Source: Azolla caroliniana
Taxonomy: Eukaryota; Plantae; Polypodiophyta
Reading direction: 5' to 3'
DNA: 64,000 bases
Assembly: GCA_043228905.1 (NCBI GenBank)
Contig: JBHGNT010000138.1
Span: 1 to 64,000 of the forward strand
This document shows, one piece after another, positions 25,066 through 36,000 of the stretch; within the stretch, counting starts at the first letter, position 1; the number at the start of each line of letters is the position of its first letter. Below the pieces are notes generated by a model. The model made no database searches, was not told the DNA's origin, and saw only the letters and a list, made by a program, of their open reading frames with translations. Position numbers and translations under genes: made by a program.

Positions 25066-28000
25066 TTGAGTCCAGCCAAAATAGGAGCCATTTGGTTGGA
25101 CAACAACCCTAGATCTGTACAGCCCATTAGTGGTTCCATTCCTTCCAAGCAAGTTAACAATGTGTTCCTAGCCCAAGTCATTGTTAGTACTAAAAGTACT
25201 CCCCCAGTACCCGTCCTAGCACTTTTAGATTCCAGAGCTAATTCTTGTTTCATGGATCGAAATTTTGCCCAAGCTTCTCAGACATCCTTAAGAAAACTTC
25301 CTTGTCCCGCAGCTGTAGTAGTCATTGATGGTCGTCCCATTGCTTCCGGGAATATTGTAGAAGAATCAGAACCCATTCAAGTTGTCCTAGGTAGTTTTGT
25401 GTGTGCAATATCATTTAATATAATTAGTAGTCCAGAGCATCCCATTGTCCTAGGATTACCTTGGTTTGAATTACATAATCCAGCCATAGATTGGAGAACA
25501 AGAGAAGTTCGATATCGACCACCCCAAGAATCAACTCATCGAGTTTCGACCATTTCACTCCATCAACTACGGGAAGAAGGACCCAAGGAGGCAATGTTCC
25601 TATTTGCAATATCAGTACATCCTTCCAGCACTATTAAGAAGGACTCCTCAGTACAACTTCCAGCAAAATATCATCCTTATGCCGATGTATTTGACAAGGT
25701 AAAAGCCGGTACCCTTCCTCATCACCGTCCTTATGACTGTCCCATCGATTTACAACTAGGAACCGAGCCACCACGGGGACCAATTTACAACTTGTCACCC
25801 ACCGAGTTAGAAGTCCTTCAAGCCTACATAGAGGAGAACTTGGCAAGCGGGTTCATCCGTCATTCGAAATCTCCGGCTGGTGCACCCATCTTCTTTGTCA
25901 AGAAGAAAGATGGCTCACTTCGTCTTGTCGTTGATTACCGCGGATTGAATAAAGTCACTATCCGGAATAGGTATGCACTTCCTCTTATATCAAGTCTTTT
26001 AGAGCGAGTTAATGGTGCCAAGTTTTTTACTAAAATCGACCTACGAGGAGCGTATAACCTCGTGCGGATCCGACCGGGAGATGAATGGAAGACTGCCTTC
26101 CGCACGCGGTATGGGCATTTCGAGTATACTGTTATGCCGTTCGGCCTAACCAATGCACCCGCAGTCTTCCAACACATGGCAAATGATATATTCAGAGACC
26201 TCTTGGATATCTGTTTGATCATTTATCTGGATGATCTATTGATTTATTCGAAGACCCAGGAAGAGCACGATTCTCATGTACTATTAGTACTAAAGCGACT
26301 CCGCGAGAATGGTCTTTATGCCAAGCTAGAAAAATGTAGCTTTGACTGCAAGCAAGTGGAATTTCTAGGCTACGTCATCTCCTCAAAGGGCATCGCCATG
26401 GATCCAGCTAAAATCCAAACTGTACTAGAGTGGCAAATTCCACGGTCGGTACGAGATGTACAATGTTTTCTAGGTTTTGCTAACTTCTACCGTAAGTTTA
26501 TACAGGATTACTCGAAGATTATTTTACCTCTCACACAACTTACAAAGAAGGGCCAAGCATTTCTTTGGTCCATAGAAGCAGATATGGCTTTTCGGCATCT
26601 TAAGAAAGCCTTTACATCAACACCGATTCTAGCTCATGTGGATACAAGAAAACCATTCATCATGGAGGCCGATGCATCAGATTTCGCCCTCGGTAGCATC
26701 CTTTCTCAACCAGGAGATAAAGAAGAGTTGCATCCGGTGGCTTTCCATTCGCGCAAATTCGATGTCGAAGAAATCAACTACGAAATACATGACAAGGAGT
26801 TATTAGCCATCGTGGATTCATTTGTACAATGGCGGCATTTTTTAGAGGGCTCTCCACATCAGGTCATTGTCTTTAGCGATCATAAAAATCTTGCTTATTT
26901 TCAGAACGCTCGCGTACTAAATCGACGGCAAGCTCGGTGGGCGCAATTCCTCACGCGTTTCGACTTCAAAATCACATATCGACTGGGGAAGCAGCAAGGA
27001 AAAGCAGATGCACTATCACGACGTTCATATCTTACACCTCGTCCTGGTGATGCAACATTTGATAATCAAAAGCAAGTAATCTTGGGACCAACACGATTGC
27101 ACACGACGCGGATTTTTCACACCCCAATGGATTCACGGATTACCGATGACATACGTGCAACCTTGAAGACAGATAGTTTTGCTCAAGACATCCTGGCGCA
27201 CATTGATACTTCTCGGGCATCATGTTCTCGGTCTCAACAACCAGGTATTGACTACCGACAATTCAAATATCATGATGGTTTGTTATTCTTTAAAAAGCGC
27301 GTATATGTCCCCGATTGCTCTTGTCGCCTTCAAATTGTCCAGCATTGTCACGACACCCATACGGCGGGACATTTCGGTAGTACTAAGACGTTGGAGCTAG
27401 TGCAACGATCTTTTTGGTGGCCCCACATGCGCCGTTTTGTCGACGACTACGTTCGGACCTGTGATGCTTGCTGCCGCGCAAAGATGCCACGACACCATCC
27501 ATATGGCTTGTTGGAACCCTTACCGATTCCAAGTAAGCCGTGGTAGTCTATTTGTCTTGATTTTATCATAGATCTGCCGGTCTCGAAGGGGTTCGATGCT
27601 ATCCTAACCGTCGTCGATCGATATACGAAGATGGCACATTTTTTGCCGTGTACTAAAGCCATCACTAGCGAGGAAACTGCCGCCCTTGTTATGCGAGAGG
27701 TATTTCGGCATCATGGCCTCCCAGACAGTATCATCAGTGACCGAGGACCGCAATTTGTCTCCAATTTTTGGTAGCATCTCTTCAAGATGCTCAAGGTCTC
27801 CTGCAATCTCTCCTCCGGCTACCATCCTCAGACCAACGGGCAGGCGGAACGAACAAACCAAACGCTAGAGCAATATCTCCGGTGTTTCCTGAGTTATCAA
27901 CAGGACGATTGGGCCGAGATTCTCCACTTTGCGGAGTTTGCGTATAATAATGCTATTCACTCCTCGACTCGGGTCTCCCCATTTTTCGCTTATACCGGTT

Positions 28001-28671
28001 TCCATCCTCGTTGGTCGGTGATCGACACCCCGGAGCTACCTACCAACCCTTGTGCCGAGGATCATTTGGAGAGGCTACGCAAGATCCAGATGGATCTCTC
28101 TACTCACCTTCGTCATGCTCAACACACACAAAAGACTTATGCGGATTGTCATCGGATTCCCTCCTCTTTTGCCATCGGAGATCGAGTATGGCTCTTACGT
28201 CGTCACATCAAGACTACTCGACTGTGCGACAAGTTGGATTATCGACGACTCGGTCCCTTCCGTATTACGGGTAAGATTAATGATGTCACATTCCGCCTTG
28301 ATCTCCCTCCGCAGCTTCAGATACATCCGGTTTTCCATTGTTCTCTTCTTGAACCTTATAAAGCAAACACCATTCTCGATCGTGTGACACCACCCCCGCC
28401 CCCGCTAGAGTTGGACGCCGGCCCGGAGTATGAAGTTGCTGCCATCCTCGATTCCAAACTTGTTCGCAACAAACTTTATTACTTGGTCAATTGGCTCGGT
28501 TATAGTCCGAGCGAACGTACTTGGGAACCCGTCGAGCATGTTGCCAATGCACATGATCTTCTTGCTGATTTCCACCGAAAGTATCCGGACAAACCCGGTC
28601 CGCAATTAGCGCCGACTCGTTCCACTCGTCGTCATGATAGTGTCATGATATGGCAAGACTCGAACCCATGA
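25066..28671 (+). pseudogene. pol: Tcn1-like Pol: protease, RT, RNase H, integrase, chromodomain; in-frame stops at ~27544 and ~27772
   Basis: ALLDSRANSCF, YLDDLLIYS, EADASDFALG, HDTHTAGHFG, GYHPQTNGQAER, RLGPFRI, and chromodomain EYEVAAILDS...YLVNWLGYSPSERTWEP. Confidence 0.95.
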
Positions 28672-30089
28672 CCTTATGCTACATGGGTCGAGCTCTTACC
28701 ATTAGACTATGAATTGTAATTTGTAGGATATTATTTTCATTTATGCTTTATCATAGAAAATTGATGTATATTCCAGATCTCTCTGGAACATTCTAGAAGC
28801 TTCAGGATTATTCCTAAAAACACTATGAAAGGAGGCACAAGGCATTGTTTTGAACCAAATTGGTTCAACGCCAGTCTTAAGCCTCTTAGCCGATTTGTAC
28901 TTATCTTTTCACATAATATAAGAGCTGCTGTCATCATCCTTCTCTCTCTCTCTTTCTCGCTATCTCTCTCTCTCTTCTCTTCTCACTTCCTCTCTTGGGA
29001 ATCTTACGCAGTCCTGTCCTCTTAGTACTAATAGTACTGCTCTTCTTTAGTACTAATTCCATCTCTGCTTTAGTACTACTCCTGACAGGTCCTATTTAAG
29101 GCGTTATAGTCAACACTCCTAACTAGATTCTATCTAGGTAACTACAAAGTTACATGGTTGACTAAATAACTAAATTAAGTTGAACTTGATCTCTCAACAT
29201 GCCCCCTCAAGCTCAAGTGTGAGGTGTCCGACATCCGCTTTGGCTTTCGTCGTCTTCGTGTGCTTTCGTCCGGTCTTCGACTTTCTTTGTTGTGGCAATC
29301 TTGCTTACTCCCCCTCAAGCCGGTGATGAAAGCTTGTAGTGTGTGGGTGAAGGTCGACTACTTCCAACCCCATCGTGTGTTACGAGCCACTTTGGTGGAG
29401 CTCTTGGGATCTTGTTCGGCCGCTACCTTCATTGCGAAGGCATAGTGATGGGCCATTTACTAGTTGAAGCTAAGCCGGGCGACATGGTTCTTAGCTCTAG
29501 ATGGGCGTCGAATTTTTTCGCTCGCCGATGTGAGTGCCTTCTTTGCTCTAGGTGTTTGCATGATGGGTACACTGAACTCACTATCTAGTGAGGGAGCCGA
29601 CACATCCGAATCACTGTCGTCGGGGTGATCAACTTCGTATTCAGGCATCTTAACTCTGCCTTTGTTCAAGTTCTTACTTGGCCATGACATGCTTGGGTCG
29701 TGTGGCGGCTCTTGTGGCCCACTAGGCCTTGCTGTAATCGGACTTTCTTCGAACATGTGTTCGAAGAGATCTCCATCTTCTACCTCTTGTTCAATGGATT
29801 CCGGGTTGAGCGGAGTCAGAGTCGAAGTTGTCTCTAGTGCGTACCAGGATGCAGACTCGTCGAAGACTACGTCTTGACTTACCCGAACCGCTTGGGTAGA
29901 AGGGTTGTATCACTTGTATGCCTTCTTCTCGTACGAGTATCCTATGAGGATACATTTCTCCAACTTCGTGTTGGGCTTCTGTCGTTGTTCGTACGGGATG
30001 CGTACATTCTCAATGCTTCTGAACACCTTGAGGTGCGACAAGATCGGCTTTCTTCCGACAAGGAGCTCGTATGGAGTTATTCTTGGCTT

Positions 30090-33000
30090 TCGGAAAAGAT
30101 AAGACAACAACATGGATAGAGGAATGGGAAGCTCGCTACTGACTGAGAAGCTCGACAGGAGCAACTATGCATCTTGGTCGTACAAGATGCACCAGTACCT
30201 GTTTGGTCATGGCTACTGGAGTTATGTTGAAGGAGATAATGATACAACACCCGAATCGACACACATGGATTTTTTGTCTTGGGAACATGCGGCGAGTAGA
30301 GTTCTCTACTGCTTTGAGTCTTGTATGAGAGACCAGCTATTGAGCCATATTGGGGATGCCAAGACGCCAAAAAGATTTTTGCCACTAGCACGACAGCCAA
30401 GAAGCTTCAACTCAGCCAGGAGTTGAGCAATGTTCGACAACGAGATATGTCGGTGGCTGATTACACCTCCAGGATCAAAGAAATCTGCGACTCTCTCGCC
30501 TCCGTCAACGTGAATATCGAGGAAGATGAGATGGTGCAGGTTTGTCTTGGTGCATTAGCGTCAAAGTTCGGAGCATTCCGAACGACGGTCTGTACGAGGG
30601 AGAATACGCCTACGTTCTTCGAGCTTTAGTCAATGTTGCTCGTGGAGGAAAATCATGCGGGCGCGTCGACGAGTACGCACGCCGACGACAAGATGTTGTA
30701 CACGGAGGGAGATATGCCCCGTGGTCGTGGCGGAAGAGGTAGATCAATGCATAATGGAGGCGGCTGAAAAGAGCTGAATGGACGGAATAATCGAAAAGTT
30801 GGGAACAATTCCAAACCCTCTGGAAGCAGGGGGAGTCATGGTGCCGGAAGCTGGCAAGAGAAGGCCACGATAGAATGCTGGTATTGTGGCAAGAAAGGCC
30901 ACAAGGAGAGCGAGTGTTGGAAAGTGTTGGAAAAAGGAAGCCGATTCGGACAAAGCCGGATCAAGTGGAAGAGACGCAGGAAGGCATCAAAAGTCGCACT
31001 ACATTGAGGACTCCGAACAAGCCGTAAATGAATTGAACCCTGCCCTCGTAATGAAGCACAAGGCCAAATTCAATATGCGTGAACACCTTGAAATCTAGCG
31101 AGGTGTGGTATGTTGATTCCGGGGCGTCAAATCATATGACGAGTCATGAGGAATGGTTCTCGTACTTGGAGAAGCCAGAAAAGCAAGGAGTGGTTCAAAC
31201 CAGAGACGACACTCCGCATACCATCGAACATGTCGGTGAAGTTCCCCTCAGCCATGTCGGGCAGAAAGGGAAACTCTTGAACGTGTTACACGTCCCGAAA
31301 ATAACCAAGAACCTTGTGTCGGTCGGAAAGATCGTCGACCAAGGTATGCAAGTTCGAAGAGGAGGGCAAAGTAATCACACAAGGGTGCCGTGAAGGGAGG
31401 ATGTTTATCCTCGAAACCAACAATGTGGGCACCGCTATGTTTGCGAAAGGGCAGAAGGTCGAGTTGGACATCGACCTGTGGCATAAGTGGTTTGGCCATA
31501 TTAACTTCCTGCGGCTTCGTGAAATGCAGACGAAGAACATTGTGTTCGGCTTGCCGAAATCTCGAGGCCGGAATGACCAAGTCTGTGAAGCCTACCAAAT
31601 GGGAAAACACATCGACTTCCATTCCCCAACCAGCATAATCGTAGTCGAAATCCACTAGATTTGATCCATTCGGATGTGTAGGGTCCAACATAGAACATGA
31701 GTCTCGGTGGAAGCCGTTACTTTGTAACCTTCATCGATGACTTCACTCGGCACACGTGGGCATACACGATCGCAAAGAAGAGCAAAGTCTTCACATGTTT
31801 CCTGAAGGTAAAGAGGCTTGCGGAAAGGGAAACAGGGCGTAAGATCAAATGCCTACGGTCCGATGGTGGGAAGGAGTACTTCTCCAACTAGTTCACAAGT
31901 TATCTATAGAAGGAGGGAATTCGACGTGAATTCTCGTGTAGATACACGTTGCAGCAGAACGGCGTGGCCGAACGGAAGAATTGGACAATCGAAGAAGCAG
32001 CCAAGGCAATGCCCTCAGAGAAGCATATGCCGAAATTCTATTGGGCTGAAGCCGTGAGGATGGCTGTCTACTTGTAGAATCAGACTTCTGCTAATGGAGG
32101 AGTGTTGCCACATGAATTGTATTTCGGGAAGAAGCCGAACTTGGCACACTTGAGGATTTTCGGTAGCATTGCATATGTGCATGTGCCGAAGGAAAAGAGG
32201 AGTAAGCTGGATGCCAAAGCCGAAAAGTGCATCTTAGTCGACTATCCAGACGAGTAGAAGGGGTATAAGTGTTATCACCCCCGAACAAAGGAAGTGCACG
32301 TAAGTCGAGATGTAATTTTCGACGAGTCTGCTTGGTGGTACTTGCCTTCCCCTTCACTACCTCATGACTCCATTCTGAATTCTGAAGAAGAAGTCAACGA
32401 GGTTGAGATGCCTCCACATGATGAGGACATCTGAGCTCTAAGAGAGAGACCGATCTCATTTCGGCTCAGTGGGCCAAATGAGGGGTTGGACCGAAATGGC
32501 GAACCAAATGAAGAGATGGCGAGTAGTGAAGACTCAACTATGATGTCCCTGCGTAAAGAATCGAGGAGACGGTTTAAGCGCAAGGAGAAAGGGAAGAAAA
32601 AGATGTCGGAGTACGATTTCGACAATGCCTAGTCAGATCGGAGCGAGTCTGACTACGGGCAAACCGAAAAGGAACCTCCACGGAAGAGGTCGACATTAGC
32701 CGAAAAGGTCGTGAAATTGGGTAATCACGAATTACACTGATCTACCCGCTTGAAGAACCCCGTAAAGAGATACGGGTATAATGAGTACATGGCGCACCAT
32801 TACGCGTACATGACATGAGTGGCGGAAGTGCGTGGGCCAGGGAGCTACGCAGAAGCGGCGAAAGACACAAACTGGCGTGCCATGATGGAGGAAGAGATGC
32901 ACGCTTTGACTGAGAATGAGACTTGGAACCTGGTTGACGCACCGAAGGATGTAAAGCCGATTGGATGTAGGTGGGTGTATAAAGTGAAATACAATACCAA

Positions 33001-36000
33001 CAACTTAATCAATCGATACAAGGCCCATTTGGTTGCGATAGGCTACACGCAAAAGTATGACGTAGATTATGAAGAGACCTTCGCGCCGGTTGCGAAGATG
33101 AGTACTGTGCGTGTTCTGCTAGCCGCAACTGCGGCAAAGGGGAGGCACTTACATCAAATGGATGTAAAGAACGCATTCCTACAAGGTGATCTTGAGGAAC
33201 AGGTGTACATGGTACAACCCCCTGGATTTCTATCCGAATGAAACACTTCGGCAATTTGCCAGTTGAAGAAGTCACTCTACGGACTTAAGCAAGCCCCGCG
33301 AGCCTAGAATGCGAAGATTACGCAACAGTTGCGTAGGATGGGGTTTACGACGTTGAAATCAGACTCTTCACTATTTGTTCGGCAAGGTCAATATGGACCG
33401 GTTAGCCTTCTATTGTATGTTGATGATTTAGTCATCGCTGGTGCCGACCTGAACATCATTCTAAATGAAGGATCTTGGAGACCTTCATTACTTCCTCGAG
33501 ACCGAAGTGGTCCGCACCCCCGAAGGCATATTGATCAGCCAACGTCATTACGTGCTGAATATGCTCTTCAAGATCGGGATGGCCAACTGTAAGCCCATCT
33601 CGACCCCTCTGGATAGAAATGCTGTTGAGAGACAAGCTCAACATCGGCCGGATCGGCTGAAGAAGCCGAGGACCGGATCGGTTGGGACCGATCGGTTAGG
33701 CCGTTAGGAAAGATATTCCGTGAGGAATATATTTGGGAGTTAGTGTAGGAGCTCTTAATGAGCATTGAAGTACTGTCCGTACTTTGGTCAGTCCTTCTAG
33801 GACTTGTACAAAGTGTTCATTGAACACATATATGTAGTGTTTTTTGTCTTTCTTGAATATACATATTCTCTCTCTTGGTCTCTCCCGAGTATACTGCGTA
33901 AGCTCAAGCTCTCCATTAAACCTGAGTGTTCTTCTTTTCTGTTCTGTCTTCATACTTGCTTCCGCACGCTACTTTCTACATGGTATCAGAGTGTGAGGGT
34001 TGAGAACCTCTCTGCAGCCGACACCGCTTGACGAAGAAGAACAAGAAGAACGATGGATAGAGGCATGGCGAGCTCGCTTCCAACAGAGAAGCTCGACAGA
34101 ACCAACTACGCGTCTTGGTCCGACAAGATGCACCAGTACCTGCTCGGGCACGGATACTGGAGTTATGTCGAAGGAGCTAATGAAGCGGCACCCGAATCGA
34201 CACATAGAGACTTCCCGTCATGGGAGCAATCGGCGAGCAGGGTATTATACTGCTTCGCGTTGTGTGTGGGCGAACAACTATTGAGCTATGTTCGGGATGC
34301 AAAGACGTCGAAGGGTGCGTGGGAAAATCTGAAGAAGATTTTCGCCGCGAGCACCAGAGCTAGGAAGCTTCAGCTCCGACAGGAGTTGAGCAACCTACGA
34401 CAACACGACTTGTCGGTGGCGGACTATACCTCGAAGATCAAGGATATCTGCGACTCCCTCGCCTCCATAGAGGTAAACATCGAGGAGAGTGAGATGGTCC
34501 AGATCTATCTCGGAGGTTTGGCGTCGAAGTTCGGAACGTTCCGAATGGATGTGTGTACTCGGGAGAATACGCCGTCCTTTTTTGACTTACAGTCAATGCT
34601 CTTGGTAGAGGAGAACCACGCGGGTGTGTCTACAAGCACGCACGGAGGGAGATAGGCCCCGTGGACGTGGAGGACGAGGCGAGTCGGCGCGCAATGGAGG
34701 CGGCCGACGAGATCAAGGAAGAAGGCACCAAAGTGATGCCGACAGCAACTCCGAACCCTCCGGAAACAGGGGGAGTTGAAGCGATGAGAACCGGCAAGGG
34801 AAGGCCATCGCGGAGTGCTGGTATTGTGGCAAGAAAGGCCACAGGGAAAGTGAGTGCTGGAAGAAGCGCGCCGATTCGGAGAGAACTGGTTCCGGAAACG
34901 GCTCCAGACATACCGACAAGGGAAATCGGCAACGATCGCACTACGCCGAAGACTCCGGGAGAGCTGGAGAAGGGTCTGCCTTCGTGACGAGACACGAAGC
35001 AAACTCAATGAAACAGAGCACCCCGAGATCGGACGAGGTGTGGTACATAGACTCCGGCGTGTCAAACGACATGACGGTTCTCATACCTTGAAAACCGATA
35101 CAACCTGGAGTAGTCGCTACAGGAGATGACACTCCGCATCCGATCGCTAATGTCGGAGAAGTTCCCCTTAGCCATGTCGGGCAGAAAGAGAAACTCATGA
35201 ACGTGTTGCACGTTCCGACAATCACGAAAAACTTGGTCTCGGTCGGACAGATCGTCGACCAAGGGATGGAGGTTCGGTTTACACACCTCGGGTGCTTCAT
35301 TGAGGAAGAAGGTCGTGTGATTGCGCAAGGGCGCAGAGATGGGAGGATGTTCATCCTCGACTCCATTGACGGCGGCACCGCAATGTTCGCGAAGGGACAA
35401 AAATCCGAGTCGGACATCGACTTGTGGCACAAGCGGATAGGCCACGTCAAGCACCAGCGGCTTCAAGATCTGCAATCGAAACAGGTAGTGTTCGGATTGC
35501 CCAAATTTAGTGGCCGAAAGGCACAAATTTGTGAAGCCTACCAGCTCAGGAAGCAACACCGACTTCCTTTCCCCAACGAGCGAAACCGGAGACGGAACAA
35601 GCTCGACCTTATACACTCTGATGTATGGGGGCCGGCACAAAACGTTAGTCTTGGCGGGAGCCGATATTTCGTCTCCTTCATCGACGACCACACGCGGCAC
35701 ACGTGGATCTACCTCATTGAGAGGAACAACGAAGTCTTCGACTGCTTTCGGGACCTCAAAGGGTTCGTGGAAACGGAAATGGGACAAAAGATCAAGTGCC
35801 TGCGGTTGGATGGCAGGAAAGAGTACTTCTCCGGTCAATTCAACGGTTATCTACAACAAATGGGAATTCGGCGTGAATTCAGTTGTAGATACACGTCGGA
35901 GCAGAACGGCGTGGCCGAGAGGAAGAATCGGTCAGTTGTGGAAGCGGCACGGGCAATGCTAGAGGAGAAGAGCTTGCCCAAGTTCTACTGGGCCGAAGCG

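Larger units (their letters stand above)
23427..29087 (+). mobile_element. Full-length Ty3/gypsy chromovirus, Tcn1-like; LTRs 23427-23873 and 28641-29087
   Basis: Two 447-bp TG..CA LTRs (about 10 differences by eye) and exact TSD GGTCC. It is inserted in the 3' LTR of a minus-strand copia. Confidence 0.96.

Noticed and set aside
35062-35838. Long antisense ORFs in copia interiors (also 40635-41471, 51202-51930, 63302-63961)
   Set aside because: These are shadow or alternate frames of GC-rich pol sequence with no independent support
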